From an uncultured delta proteobacterium (lineage in GTDB: Bacteria; Myxococcota_A; Polyangia; Palsa-1104): a DNA stretch of 64,000 nucleotides. The DNA lies in contig CAWAWS010000029.1 of the NCBI GenBank assembly GCA_963785725.1, forward strand, positions 32,001 through 96,000. Reading direction: 5' to 3'. The notes beneath the pieces are model-generated. The model worked only from the letters and a program-made list of their open reading frames with translations, made no database searches and was not told the origin of the DNA. The translations under genes and the position numbers were made by a program. Shown piece after piece: positions 47,774 through 62,904 of the stretch; the first letter of the stretch is position 1, and each line of letters opens with the position of its first letter.

Positions 47774-47906
47774 GGTCGGGCATTGTGAGCTGATCTCGCC
47801 CTCGGTTGCAACCTTGCGTGCTTTCGCTATCCGTTAGGTGTAATCTTGCCAAGGCCTTGGACGATCTTCGCGACGCTGGCTCGGCCATCGAGGGGCAAAA
47901 GTAAGC

Positions 47907-49475
<1,569 letters not shown>

Positions 49476-49478
49476 TCG

Positions 49479-50315
49479 TTACGGCTGCGTCGCCAGCCAG
49501 GCTTCGATGGTCGCGCTGTAGCGGGCCGCGCTCGGGATGTCGAGGTGAATGCCGTCCTGGGTCCGATAGGCCGTGAGGTCGGCGGCCGGCAGCCACGGCA
49601 CCTCGGGAAACGCCGCGTGCACCGCCGCGCGAATGGCCGTCGAATAAGGCGAGCCGAACAGCGCCGGATGCTTGGGCGGCTCGAAGAAGTAGACGGCCAC
49701 TCTGCGCGCGCGCACGGCGTCGATTTGCGACCGCAGCGCGGCGAGGCTCGCGCGCAGCGACTGCGGCGTCGGCGCGACCGCCTCTTTGGCGGCCGCCGTT
49801 TGCACGAGCTGCGCGAACAGCTCCGGCCGCGTCGTCGGCTCGCTGACCGGACCGCGATCTTGCCCAGCCAGGTGCTTGGCCAGCTTGTTGAGGATGACGC
49901 CCGGCTGATAGGCGTCGCGCAAGACCGGCAGCCAGCGGCGCAAGTGAAAGGTGATGGGATTGAACAGCTGGCCGAGCAGATCTTCGCTCGGATCGCGCAG
50001 CAGCGTCTCGCCGACTTCGATGAGCACGCACCGCGGCTTGGTGTTCGCGCGACGGATGACGTCGAGCCCGGTCAAGGCGCCGTCGCCGGAGAGCGCAAAG
50101 CTGAACACGCCCGAGGCCGGGCTGAAGACGAGGCGCGACAGCTTCGACGAGCCACAAGCGATGGTCGGCGGCGCCGCGTCGTAGATGACGCGCTCGGCCC
50201 GGATGAGGTTCTCTTGCTCGGCGCCGTCGCCCGAGCCGCCGTCGGGAAACAGGCGCGGCACCACGACTTCGTAAGCCGCGACGATGAACGCCGCGACGAC
50301 GAAGATGCGCCACAC
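49479..50315 (-). CDS. SGNH-like periplasmic acyltransferase partner (AlgJ/DltD/PatB-like); may be the C-terminus of the MBOAT
   Basis: N-terminal TM, GSS motif, C-terminal DGIH (DxxH); start uncertain. Confidence 0.6.
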   Translation of the reverse strand: MWRIFVVAAFIVAAYEVVVPRLFPDGGSGDGAEQENLIRAERVIYDAAPPTIACGSSKLSRLVFSPASGVFSFALSGDGALTGLDVIRRANTKPRCVLIEVGETLLRDPSEDLLGQLFNPITFHLRRWLPVLRDAYQPGVILNKLAKHLAGQDRGPVSEPTTRPELFAQLVQTAAAKEAVAPTPQSLRASLAALRSQIDAVRARRVAVYFFEPPKHPALFGSPYSTAIRAAVHAAFPEVPWLPAADLTAYRTQDGIHLDIPSAARYSATIEAWLATQP

Positions 50316-51664
50316 CGGCGCGCGCTCAATTCGCCGGTCGTCGAATGGCCGGCATGGGCGCGGCGCCAGGCGTGATGCGCGTGATAAACGATGACGGGGA
50401 CACTGTAGATACCGATATTGAATAATAAATAATAATTCATTGGTAATGCGCGTTGAGTCGCCAATGAATGCACGAAGAGCAGCACTTGATGGAAGTCGGG
50501 TAATTTGAAGAGCAGCCACGCGGCCGTGACGAGCGAAAAGACGAGCGCGACTTTGAGCGCGCGCGCGACGAAGCCGACGGCGCGACGCGGACGGCTGCCT
50601 TGCACCAGCCGCTCGACGGCGAGCAAGAGGCCGTGCACGCTGCCCCAAACGGCGTAGCTCCAGGCGGCGCCGTGCCATAAGCCGCCCAAGAACATGACGA
50701 TGAATAGATTGAAATAGGTGCGTAATGGACCGTTACGATTACCACCCAATGGAATATAGAGATATTGGCGTAAGAAGCTGGAGAGCGAGATATGCCAGCG
50801 CTGCCAGAATTCGGAGAATGATTCGGCGATATAAGGGAAGTCGAAGTTGATCGGTAAGCGATAGCCGAACAAGCCGCCGAGGCCGAGCGCGATCAGTGAA
50901 TAACCGGCGAAATCGGCGAATATTTGCATCGAATAGCCGAATAAGAGCGCCAATAGTGTGACGCTCGACCAGTTGAGGAAATAGGGATAGGCGATCCAAT
51001 AGGTGAATTCCTTCAAATGATCGGCGACGACCATTTTCAGGAAATAGCCGAGGATCAAGTCGTGCGTGACGCGCGACCAATCGACGTCGCCTAACGTTTT
51101 TGGCGCGATTTGCGGCAGGAACTCGTGCGCTTTGACGATCGGTCCGGCCACGAGCTGCGGGAAGAACGCTTTGAAGAACGAGATGCGCACGAAGTGGACG
51201 GAGAAGCGGCGGTCGAGCGTGATCGAAGGCGACGGGGAGCGCGCGCTGCGATAAGCGTCGACGACGAGGCTGATGCCTTGAAACGTGAAGAACGAGATGC
51301 CGACCGGAAGTGGTAGCGCGAGTAGGAATTCGCCGACGCGATCGCCGGCGGTGGGCGCAAACAACGTTCGGTAAAAGAGGCCGCTGTACTTGAAGAACAA
51401 GAGCACGCCGAGGTTCGTGCCGACGCCGAGCAAGGCCCAGGCAAAGCGGCGATTGGCGCGACCGAAGGTGACGAAATAGCTGGCCAGCGCATTGACCGAA
51501 ATCGAATAGACGAGCAGTAAAAGCAGCTTTGGCTGGTGATAGCCGTAAAAGACGAGGCTGGCCGCCAGCAAAAGGTGAATTTGCGCGCGCTGTAATGGCC
51601 GCCAGTAATAAAGCGGGAATACACAAATGACGAGGAGTACGAAAGCCCAGCTATTGAAGAGCAT
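50072..51664 (-). CDS. MBOAT O-acyltransferase (AlgI/DltB/PatA family); 3' end uncertain
   Basis: MLFNS, LPVGISFFTFQ, FFPQLVAGPI, DFAGYS, FWQRWHISLS, YLYIPLGGNR, GLWHGA. Confidence 0.9.
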   Translation of the reverse strand: MLFNSWAFVLLVICVFPLYYWRPLQRAQIHLLLAASLVFYGYHQPKLLLLLVYSISVNALASYFVTFGRANRRFAWALLGVGTNLGVLLFFKYSGLFYRTLFAPTAGDRVGEFLLALPLPVGISFFTFQGISLVVDAYRSARSPSPSITLDRRFSVHFVRISFFKAFFPQLVAGPIVKAHEFLPQIAPKTLGDVDWSRVTHDLILGYFLKMVVADHLKEFTYWIAYPYFLNWSSVTLLALLFGYSMQIFADFAGYSLIALGLGGLFGYRLPINFDFPYIAESFSEFWQRWHISLSSFLRQYLYIPLGGNRNGPLRTYFNLFIVMFLGGLWHGAAWSYAVWGSVHGLLLAVERLVQGSRPRRAVGFVARALKVALVFSLVTAAWLLFKLPDFHQVLLFVHSLATQRALPMNYYLLFNIGIYSVPVIVYHAHHAWRRAHAGHSTTGELSARRCGASSSSRRSSSRLTKSWCRACFPTAARATAPSKRTSSGPSASSTTRRRRPSLVARRSCRASSSARPRACSALRSPATAP

Positions 51665-51746
51665 TCGCCGGCGACGCCGAATGTGAGCTCACCCGATACA
51701 CGCGCGAATATATAGCAGTCGCCAATGAGCGCGAATTGGAAATACG

Positions 51747-52697
51747 TCAGTCGCGGCTGGCGTGCTTCTTGGCGTAAACGTCGCGGACGGCGCGGGCGAG
51801 CGCCTTTTCGTCGATGGGCTCGTGCTGCCCGCGCAGGATCGACGCCATCGCGCGCGACATCTCTTCCGCGCTCTCGAAGCGGTCGTTCGGCGCTTGCGCC
51901 AGCGCCGTGTGCACGACTTCGGCCAGCGCCGCCGGAATGTCGGGACGAAAGTCGCGGATCGACGGCACTTGATGGGCAGCGATGCGCTTTAGGACCTCGA
52001 TCGCGTCGCCGCCGCCGAAGAGCGGACGACCGGCCAGCGCCTCCCACAAGACGATGCCGACGCCGAAGATGTCGCTGCGCGGCGTCGCCTGCTGCCGCTT
52101 GACCAGCTCGGGCGCTAGATAAGACAGCTTGCCTTTGACGATGCCGGGCGCCGTCATCGCCGCGCGATCGGCGGCGCGCGCCAAGCCGAAATCGGCCAGC
52201 TTGACGATGCCCATGACGCTCATGAGCACGTTGGCCGGCGTCACGTCGCGATGGACGATCGGCGCCGGCCGGCCCGCGCCGTCGACGCGCTCGTGCGCAC
52301 ACGACAGGGCGCGCAAGATCTCGATGCCGATGGCGGTCACGAGGTGCCACGGCGTCTGCCGCTCGGGAAAGGCGCGCATCCAGGTCTCGAGATCGATGCC
52401 GTCGATCCACTCCATGACGATGAAATAGCGGCCTTCGTCATCTTGATCGAAGTCGTGAATCTGCACGATGTTGGGATGCTGCAGCTCGGAGACGACGCGC
52501 GCCTCCTCGACGAACATGGCGACGAAGCTGGCGTCGCTGGCGAGGTTGGGCAAGACGCGCTTGATGGCGACCGGGCAGGTGAAGCCGGCGGCGCCGTGGG
52601 TGACGCCGCGCCAGACCTTGGCCATGCCGCCTTCGCCGACCGGTTCGATGAGCTCGTACTTGCCCGCGACCCAACGATTGGAGGACATCGCCTTCAT
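51747..52697 (-). CDS. Cytoplasmic Ser/Thr protein kinase
   Basis: GEGGMA, AIK, HRDVTPAN, DFG, KGKLSYLAPE. Confidence 0.92.
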   Translation of the reverse strand: MKAMSSNRWVAGKYELIEPVGEGGMAKVWRGVTHGAAGFTCPVAIKRVLPNLASDASFVAMFVEEARVVSELQHPNIVQIHDFDQDDEGRYFIVMEWIDGIDLETWMRAFPERQTPWHLVTAIGIEILRALSCAHERVDGAGRPAPIVHRDVTPANVLMSVMGIVKLADFGLARAADRAAMTAPGIVKGKLSYLAPELVKRQQATPRSDIFGVGIVLWEALAGRPLFGGGDAIEVLKRIAAHQVPSIRDFRPDIPAALAEVVHTALAQAPNDRFESAEEMSRAMASILRGQHEPIDEKALARAVRDVYAKKHASRD

Positions 52698-52724
52698 CGT
52701 ACTCCTCTTCGGCGAGCGGCGGAA

Positions 52725-53750
52725 TCAGTAGTGGATGTCGTCGTGGCGGACTTTGCCGGCGAAGGCGCGGAAGAGGTACGTGAAGTAGCCGATCGCCAGC
52801 AGCAGCGCGGGGATCCACCACATGAGGCCGACGGCGAGCCCGTGGTGCCCGGTGGCGCCGTTGTAGGCGGTGACGTCGTAGGCGCCGGCGACGGTGGAGC
52901 GCAAGATCGTCGGGAAGAGCGCGGCGGCCGTGGCGACGAGCAGGCCGGCCAAGAACGCGGTCGAGCCGAAGAAGGCGGCGGCGTCGCGGCCGCGACGGTG
53001 CGCGACGAAGGCGACGATGAAGCCGGCCGCGGCGACGAGCGGAAACGGCCACGCCCACGGCCGCGCGACGAGCTGGCCAAAGAGCGCGCCGTTGATGCGC
53101 GTGGTCCAGATGGTGACGGCGACGCCGAGGATTCCCGTCGCTCGCCACAAGCGCAGGGCCAGCGTGCGGGCGCGCAGCTGCAGCTCGCCTTCGGTCTTGT
53201 GCGCGATCCAATGGGCGCCGTGCGCGCCCAAGACGACGACCGTGAAGAGGCCGACGGTCATCGTGTAGCCGTCGAGCGCGCCGTCGCGGCCGCCGAATAG
53301 CGGCGCCGCGAAGCTGCCGTCGCTGCCGACGGGAACGCCGCGGATGACGTTGGCGAACGAGACGCCGAGCACGAAGGCGAGCAGCGTCGAGGCGCCGGCG
53401 AAGCTGACGTCGAAGAAGGCGTGCCACAGCGGGTTCGGCCACTGACCGCGGAACTCAATCGACAGACCGCGCACGATGAGGAGCCAGAGCACGATCATGA
53501 GCGGCAAGTAGAACCCGCTGAAGGCGGCGGCGTAGGCGTGCGGGAAGGCGAAGACGAGCACGCCGCCCGAGCCGATGAGCCAGACCTCGTTGCCGTCCCA
53601 AATCGGGCCGATGGCGGCGAGAATCGTGCGGCGCTCGCCGTCGTTCTTGGCGATGAGCAAGTGGGCGATGCCGGCGCCGAAGTCGAAGCCGTCGAGGACG
53701 ACGTAGACCGTCAGCATCAGCGCCAGCAGCGCGTACCAAACGGCTTCCAT
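52725..53750 (-). CDS. cydB: Cytochrome bd ubiquinol oxidase subunit II
   Basis: LDGFDFGAG, GPIWDGNEVWL, FPHAY, RGLSIEFR. Confidence 0.95.
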   Translation of the reverse strand: MEAVWYALLALMLTVYVVLDGFDFGAGIAHLLIAKNDGERRTILAAIGPIWDGNEVWLIGSGGVLVFAFPHAYAAAFSGFYLPLMIVLWLLIVRGLSIEFRGQWPNPLWHAFFDVSFAGASTLLAFVLGVSFANVIRGVPVGSDGSFAAPLFGGRDGALDGYTMTVGLFTVVVLGAHGAHWIAHKTEGELQLRARTLALRLWRATGILGVAVTIWTTRINGALFGQLVARPWAWPFPLVAAAGFIVAFVAHRRGRDAAAFFGSTAFLAGLLVATAAALFPTILRSTVAGAYDVTAYNGATGHHGLAVGLMWWIPALLLAIGYFTYLFRAFAGKVRHDDIHY

Positions 53751-55112
53751 CTAATGACCCTCGACGTCGGGGCCGCGCACGAGCTGCCGCGCGACGAGGC
53801 CGAGGAACGCCAGGCCGACGACCAAGTAGAGGCCGAGCCAGCCGATCGTCGTGAACGCGACGCTGCCGGCCGAGACGTGCGGCGACGTGCCGGCGGACGT
53901 GCGCATGAGGCCCTAGACGAGCCACGGCTGGCGGCCGAGCTCGGCGGTCATCCAGCCGGCGGTAGTGGCGATGTACGGGAACGGCAAGGCGAGCATCAGG
54001 ATCCACAGGAGCCAGCGCGTCTGTGCGAGCTTGCGTCGCCACAACAGGAGCGCCGACAGACCAGCGACGGCGAAGAGCAGCGTCCCGAGGCCGACCATCA
54101 CATGGTAGCGTAATACAAGAGCTCGATGTTGTCGGGCCACTGGTCGCGCGGGAAATCCTCGAGCCCGTAGACGGTCGCGCCGAAGCTGCCGTAGGACAGC
54201 AAGCTGAGCACGCCGGGCACGAGGATGGGATTGTCGAGCTGCCGCTTGGCGACGTCGGGCTGGCCGATGAGCGCGAGCTCGGCGTGGTCGCTCGACGCGA
54301 ACTTGCCCTCCATCGCCGCCAGCGCCGGCTGTTGATACTGCGCCATCAGCTTGCCTTGGCGATCGCCGGTCGGGAACAGCTGCAGGCAGCAGGCGACGAC
54401 GGCGGCGATGACGCCGACCGACAAGCAGGCGCCGGCGACGTCGCGATGGCGGTCGAGCAGCAGCCAGCCGGCGCCGACGGCGGCGACGGCGAAGGCGCCG
54501 GTCATCACGGCGGCGCACATGACGTGCGGGAATTCCCAGAATCGCCCACGGGTTGAAGAGGTAGGTCCAGGCGTTGGCCAGCTCCAACGCCGGGCCGCCG
54601 TGGTTGCCGATGGCGTGGCCGACCGGGTGTTGCATGAAGGCGTTGGTGACGACGATGAAGTAGCCGGAGAGCCAGGAGCCGATGAGCAACATGACGGCGG
54701 CGAAGAGGTGGCCGCGCGGGCCCAGCTTTTTCTCGCCGAACAGGAAGAGGCCGAGAAAGGCCGACTCGGCGAAGAAGGCGAACATGCCTTCGAGCGCCAG
54801 CGTCAGGCCGATGACGCCGCCGGCGTAGCTGGAGAAGCGCGACCAGTTGGTGCCGAACTGGAACTCCATCGGCACGCCGGTGACGACGCCGACGGCGAAG
54901 TTGATACCGAAGATGCGCGCCCAAAAGCGCGCCGCACGATTCCACCGGTCGTCATTGCCGGCGTCGCCTTTGGCGACGCTGCCGGGTCGCCGCAGCGCCA
55001 GCACTTTGAAGACGACGATGAGCAGCGCCAGCCCCATCGAGAGCTGCGGGAACAGGTAGTGATACGTAATCGTGAAGGCGAACTGGAAGCGACTCCAGCC
55101 GATCGCGTCCAT
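53751..55112 (-). pseudogene. cydA: Cytochrome bd oxidase subunit I with two compensating frameshifts and an in-frame TAG (pseudogene or error-laden assembly)
   Basis: HYLFP, EFQFGTNW, NAFMQHP, LAAMEG, GRQPW; +1 near 54540, -1 near 54108, TAG at 53913-53915 where Tyr is expected (GRQPWLV*GLMRT). Confidence 0.8.
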
Positions 55113-55225
55113 GCCTCACGTATAACGCGTTCGCGCGGCGCCGCCACTTCGCGCGAAACGCTACGGCAAGCAAGGGTGGCGCCGCCTACTTCGACCAACG
55201 GTTGGCGCGGCGTACGGCGGGGCGG

Positions 55226-58454
<3,229 letters not shown>

Positions 58455-58503
58455 TCACGCTTCGCCCGTCGGTCAATAGCGCGACCCAAAGCAGAGTCGC
58501 GGG

Positions 58504-58532
58504 CTTGACACATTCGCGACAATGGCCATCTT
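58504..58532 (+). promoter_or_regulatory. Candidate promoter of the Hsp20 gene
   Basis: TTGACA-N16-CATCTT (sigma70-like), also readable as CTTGACA-N13-GGCCAT (sigma32-like). Confidence 0.4.
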
Positions 58533-58586
58533 GCTTTGCGTAACTGAAACAGTTTCATAACCGGGCTTTCCCGAGGAGGATTGAAC

Positions 58587-58994
58587 ATGCTCGTGCGTTG
58601 GACTCCGTTTGGCGACGTGGCTCGCCTGCAGCAAAATCTCGACTCGCTCTTTGGTGCCGCCGGTCACGACAAGGTCGTGCGCGGCTTCGCTCCCGCCGTC
58701 GACGTCCAAGAGGATGCCGACAAGATCGAGCTACAAGCCGATCTGCCGGGCGTAAAGCAGGAAGACATCGACATTCAGATCGATAAAGGGGTGCTCACGA
58801 TCAAGGGCGAGCGCAAGGTCGCGGCCGGTCGTGGCGAGCGCAACACCGGCGCCTTCTCGCGCGCGTTCACGTTGCCCGATACGGTCGACCTGGAGAAGAT
58901 CGGCGCCGCGCTCAAGGACGGCGTGTTGACGTTGACCTTGCCGAAGCGGCCGGAAGAGAAGCCGCGCCAGATCAAGGTCGCGGTTCAGTCGTAA
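58587..58994 (+). CDS. Small heat shock protein, Hsp20/alpha-crystallin family
   Basis: GAGGAGG RBS; PAVDV, DLPG, LTIKGER, FSRAFTLP, DGVLTLTLPK, terminal IKV. Confidence 0.94.
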   Translation: MLVRWTPFGDVARLQQNLDSLFGAAGHDKVVRGFAPAVDVQEDADKIELQADLPGVKQEDIDIQIDKGVLTIKGERKVAAGRGERNTGAFSRAFTLPDTVDLEKIGAALKDGVLTLTLPKRPEEKPRQIKVAVQS

Positions 58995-59018
58995 GTCTTC
59001 GGAAGTTGTCGGAAATGA

Positions 59019-59057
59019 GAAGGGCCGGCGGGAATTGTCCGCCGGCCCTTCGTTTTT
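59019..59057 (+). terminator. Intrinsic terminator after Hsp20, probably bidirectional
   Basis: GAAGGGCCGGCGG / CCGCCGGCCCTTC 13-bp stem followed by GTTTTT. Confidence 0.85.
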
Positions 59058-59275
59058 GCGCCGCGACTTCCGCGAGCCTGAGCTAGAGCCCGCTGGCGCG
59101 AACGAGCATGAGCACCACCATGAGGACCAACACGCCGACGATAACGAAGCCGACGCGCCGCTGCGACACGCCGGAGCGCCCGAAGTAAGAGGAGTTGGAA
59201 GTGAGCGCGGTCGTTGCAAACGCGCTGAAGAGATGGGGATCGATTACGCGGCGGCGCGTTTGCCGCGCCGAGCGG

Positions 59276-61285
59276 CTACTTCTTGTGCTCGAGGTGCTTC
59301 TTGACGCGCGCCGCGACCTGCGGGCCGGTCAAGCCGAGCTTCTCGGCGATGATGTTGGCGGGCGCCGAGTAGCCGAAGTCGTCGATGCCGATGGTGAGAC
59401 CGCCGGCGCCGACCCACGACTTCCACAGGTTCGTGCGGCCGGCTTCGATCGAGACGCGCGTGCCGCCGTCGCCGAGCACCGACTGCTGCCACGCCTCATC
59501 CTGCGCCGCGAAGACCTCCAGGCACGGCAACGAGACGACGCGGCACTTGAGGCCGCCTTTGCCGAGCTCGCGCGCCGCCTCGACGGCGACGCCGGCCTCC
59601 GAGCCCGTCGCCAAGAACGTGACGTCGGGCGCGCCGCCCTCTTCTTTGAGCATGACGTAGCCGCCCTTGACCGCGTCGACGACGCGCGTGCCCGCCGGCG
59701 GCTCGGCCACTTTCTGGCGCGACAAGATGATCTCCGACGGACCATCCTTGCGCTCGAGCGCGTGCGCCCACGCCGCCGCGCACTCGATGGCATCGGCCGG
59801 ACGCCACACGTGCACGTGCGGAATGAGCCTGAGCGCCGAGACGTGCTCGATCGACTGGTGCGTCGGCCCGTCTTCGCCGAGGAACACCGAGTCGTGCGTG
59901 AAGACGTGGATCGCCTGGAAGCGCGACAACGCCGCCAGGCGAATCGCCGGGCGCATGTAGTCGCTGAACGTCAAGAACGTGGCCGTGAACGGGATGAAGA
60001 GGCCGTAGGCGGTGATGCCGTTGGCCATGGCGCCCATCGCGTGCTCGCGGATGCCGAAGCGCAGGTTGCGGCCGCCGTAGGTGCCGCCTTCGACCTTCGC
60101 CGAGTCCTTGAGCGGCGTCTTGGTCGAGCCGCCCAAGTCGGCGTCGCCGCCGATGAGCGACGGGATCAGCTTCGCCGCCGTTTGCAAGACCGCGCCCGCC
60201 AAGCTGCGCGTCGCGTCGGTCTGCTTGGGCGCCGCCGCGTCGAGCTGCTGCAGCAGGTCGGCGGGCACGCGCTTGTCGGACATCGCCGCGTAGGTCTTCG
60301 CGAGCTCGGGATGCGTGTTCAGCCACGTCTCTCTGTGCGCGTTCCAGCGCTCGTGCTCGGCACTCAACTCTTCGCCGCGCCTCTTCCACAGCGCGTGCAC
60401 TTCGTCGGGCACCCAGAACGGCTTGTCGAGCGGCCAGCCGGCGGCCTCTTTGGTCAGCTTCGTCTCTTTTTCACCGAGCGGCTCGCCGTGCGCCTTGTTG
60501 CTGTCGTGCTTGTTGGGCGAGCCGTTGCCGATGTGCGTGCGACACAAGATCAAGAACGGCCGCTCGGTCTCGGCCACGGCGGCGTCCAGCGCCGACTCGA
60601 TCTGCGCGTGGTCGTGCCCGTCGATGTGCAGGATGCGCCAGCCGTACGCTTCGAAGCGCTTGCCGACGTCCTCGTCCATGCTCTCGTCGAGCTTGCCGTC
60701 GAGCGTGATCTTGTTGTCGTCGTAGAGGTAGGTGAGGTTGCCGAGCTTCAAGTGGCCGGCGATCGACGCCGCTTCGTGCGAGATGCCCTCCATCATGTCG
60801 CCGTCGGAGACGATGCCCCAGATGCGATGATCGAAGAGGCCGGGGAAGCGCTCGTTGGCCATCTTCGCGGCGAGCGCCATGCCGACGCCGTTGGCGAAGC
60901 CTTGGCCGAGCGGGCCGGTCGTGACCTCGACGCCTTTGGTGATGTGGCTCTCGGGATGGCCGGGCGTCTTCGATCCCCACTGACGGAACTGCTTGAGCTG
61001 CTCGAGCGGCAGATCCTCGTAGCCGGACAGATGCATCAGCGAGTAGAGCAGCATCGAGCCGTGACCGGCCGACAAGACGAAGCGGTCGCGATCGGGCCAA
61101 TGCGGATCCTTGGCGTCGTGCTTCAGATAACGCGACCACAAGATGAAGGCGTAGTCGGCAGCGCCCATCGGCAGGCCGGGATGGCCGCTGTTCGCTTTCT
61201 CGATGGCGTCAATGGACAGGAACTTGATCGTATTTACGGCCAAGAGTGTGAGGTCGGCAGGCGCTGCGGCAGCCTTTGGGAACAA
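59276..61285 (-). CDS. tkt: Transketolase
   Basis: [49 protein letters not shown]. Confidence 0.97.
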   Translation of the reverse strand: MFPKAAAAPADLTLLAVNTIKFLSIDAIEKANSGHPGLPMGAADYAFILWSRYLKHDAKDPHWPDRDRFVLSAGHGSMLLYSLMHLSGYEDLPLEQLKQFRQWGSKTPGHPESHITKGVEVTTGPLGQGFANGVGMALAAKMANERFPGLFDHRIWGIVSDGDMMEGISHEAASIAGHLKLGNLTYLYDDNKITLDGKLDESMDEDVGKRFEAYGWRILHIDGHDHAQIESALDAAVAETERPFLILCRTHIGNGSPNKHDSNKAHGEPLGEKETKLTKEAAGWPLDKPFWVPDEVHALWKRRGEELSAEHERWNAHRETWLNTHPELAKTYAAMSDKRVPADLLQQLDAAAPKQTDATRSLAGAVLQTAAKLIPSLIGGDADLGGSTKTPLKDSAKVEGGTYGGRNLRFGIREHAMGAMANGITAYGLFIPFTATFLTFSDYMRPAIRLAALSRFQAIHVFTHDSVFLGEDGPTHQSIEHVSALRLIPHVHVWRPADAIECAAAWAHALERKDGPSEIILSRQKVAEPPAGTRVVDAVKGGYVMLKEEGGAPDVTFLATGSEAGVAVEAARELGKGGLKCRVVSLPCLEVFAAQDEAWQQSVLGDGGTRVSIEAGRTNLWKSWVGAGGLTIGIDDFGYSAPANIIAEKLGLTGPQVAARVKKHLEHKK

Positions 61286-61375
61286 GAGTCACCTCCGTCG
61301 GTGCGCGAATGTTCATGCTTTGTCGGGCCCGAGTCAACGCTTGTCCAGCGCCGATCGCGGCCTAACCTCGGAAAG

Positions 61376-61861
61376 ATGAAGATTGCGTTGCGCTGCGCGC
61401 TGGTTTTCGCGTCGTTCGGCTGCGCGCCCAAGCCGGTGCATGTGTCGCGGGCGGTTTGGCCCATCGGCCGTTCCCACCAGCCCTACTACGGAAAACCCGC
61501 GTATCTGGCGGAGGCGCACCCGCTCGTGGCCGTCAACGCGACGACCGCGCCGCGCAACGATTGTCCACAGCGTTCGCGGGCTTGCGACGAGCGCTTGCGG
61601 GCGACGCTGGCGGCGCTCGACGGTCAGCTGCTGGCGCTGTCGACGCCGCCGCAAGAGGTGGAGATGCAGGCGCTGCAGCTGTCGATCGTCGAGCTGGAGC
61701 CGCTGTTGGTGCCTTATCCCGACCTCGTCGCCGAGCAAGAGGAGCTGAAGACGACGGTGCCGAAGCTGCCGACGCAGCCGCTGGCGATCCAGTCGTCGAC
61801 GCGCAAACGACTCCTGGAATTGTCGGATCTGTTGCGGCTGCAGTTGGCCGCCGCCCAGTAG
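61376..61861 (+). CDS. Hypothetical lipoprotein
   Basis: MKIALRCALVFASFG-C lipobox; helical C-terminus; 3' part of track ORF 59195..61861. Confidence 0.6.
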   Translation: MKIALRCALVFASFGCAPKPVHVSRAVWPIGRSHQPYYGKPAYLAEAHPLVAVNATTAPRNDCPQRSRACDERLRATLAALDGQLLALSTPPQEVEMQALQLSIVELEPLLVPYPDLVAEQEELKTTVPKLPTQPLAIQSSTRKRLLELSDLLRLQLAAAQ

Positions 61862-61899
61862 TTACGGCGCTGTTGCGGGCGTGCTAGGCTCCGCGCCCG

Positions 61900-62886
61900 A
61901 TGGCCAGCGACAAGAAAAACGGCAGCGCATTTCAGCTCTGGTTCGAAGACGCGTGGGAGGGCTGGATTCGTCCGCTCGGGCTCATCGTCGTCCTCGCGAT
62001 CGGCTACCTGCTCTACAAGTACGACCTGTTGAGCGAGACGGTCATGGGCGCCCTGTTGGTGCTGGGCGTGATCTTGGGCGCGATCGGCGCCGGCGTTTTG
62101 CCGGCGCTTCCGCTGACGCGCGCGCCCTGGCAGCGGGCGCTGCTCGTGACGATGGCGCTGGCGGCGCTGGTGGCGACGGGCTATCCGACACTGCGCTTGG
62201 TGCTCCCGGGCGCGCCGCTGGCCGAAGCCACGCTGACGACGGCGGCGCCGTCGGTGACGGTCACGCCGTCGGCGATCGGGCCCTACGACGTCACCGCGTC
62301 GGGCCACTTCAAGGACTCGAGCCGCGCCGAAGCCGAGGCCAGCTACACGCTCAAAGTCAGCGACAACTCGGGCGGCAGCGACGAGGTCGAAGGCGCCGTT
62401 CGCCGCAAGCAGCTGTCGTATCGCACGCGGCGCGGCTCGTCGACGTCGACCATGGAGCGCAACGAGCAGACGCTGCGCTTGCCGCACGTGCGCGGGCCGC
62501 AGGTGACGCTGGCGACGGACGTCGACGAGCAGCTCGAAGGCGGGCTCAAGCTGGAGCTGCGCCGCGGCAGCCTCAACCCGATCGTGTTCCTCGTGCTCGG
62601 CATCTTGGCGCTGTTGATGGCGCTGGTGCTCGACACGCGGCTCATCGACTGGAAGACCAACAAGAAGAGCCACGTGACGGCCTGCGTCGCCATCGCCTTC
62701 GCGTTCGCCGTCAGCTATCCCGACGAGGCGACGCCGCATGCGCTGGTGCGCCCGGCGGTGTCGTCGTTCATTCTCGCGCTCGTCGTCGGCGGGCTTGGCG
62801 GCTGGCTCTTGGGCGGCATCGGGCGCGTCTTGGCCGGGCCGAAGAAGCCCAAAAAAGCGTCGTCCACGTCCGCTTCGTCGCGCTGA
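61900..62886 (+). CDS. Hypothetical integral membrane protein (about 3 TM + soluble domain + 3 TM)
   Basis: Hydrophobic segments flanking a beta-rich domain; host-like codon usage. Confidence 0.7.
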   Translation: MASDKKNGSAFQLWFEDAWEGWIRPLGLIVVLAIGYLLYKYDLLSETVMGALLVLGVILGAIGAGVLPALPLTRAPWQRALLVTMALAALVATGYPTLRLVLPGAPLAEATLTTAAPSVTVTPSAIGPYDVTASGHFKDSSRAEAEASYTLKVSDNSGGSDEVEGAVRRKQLSYRTRRGSSTSTMERNEQTLRLPHVRGPQVTLATDVDEQLEGGLKLELRRGSLNPIVFLVLGILALLMALVLDTRLIDWKTNKKSHVTACVAIAFAFAVSYPDEATPHALVRPAVSSFILALVVGGLGGWLLGGIGRVLAGPKKPKKASSTSASSR

Positions 62887-62904
62887 CACAGCTAGGCCGT
62901 CGTC

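Noticed and set aside
51725..51750. LTYFQF peptide upstream of the MBOAT resembling a DltX or AlgI C-terminal motif
   Set aside because: No start codon or RBS for a small ORF and no stop after the motif; it overlaps the kinase stop codon and is likely coincidental
53913..53915. In-frame TAG in cydA as pyrrolysine or stop-codon reassignment
   Set aside because: TAG ends many other genes here normally (flhF, eno, tkt), the position is a conserved Tyr, and no pyl genes are visible
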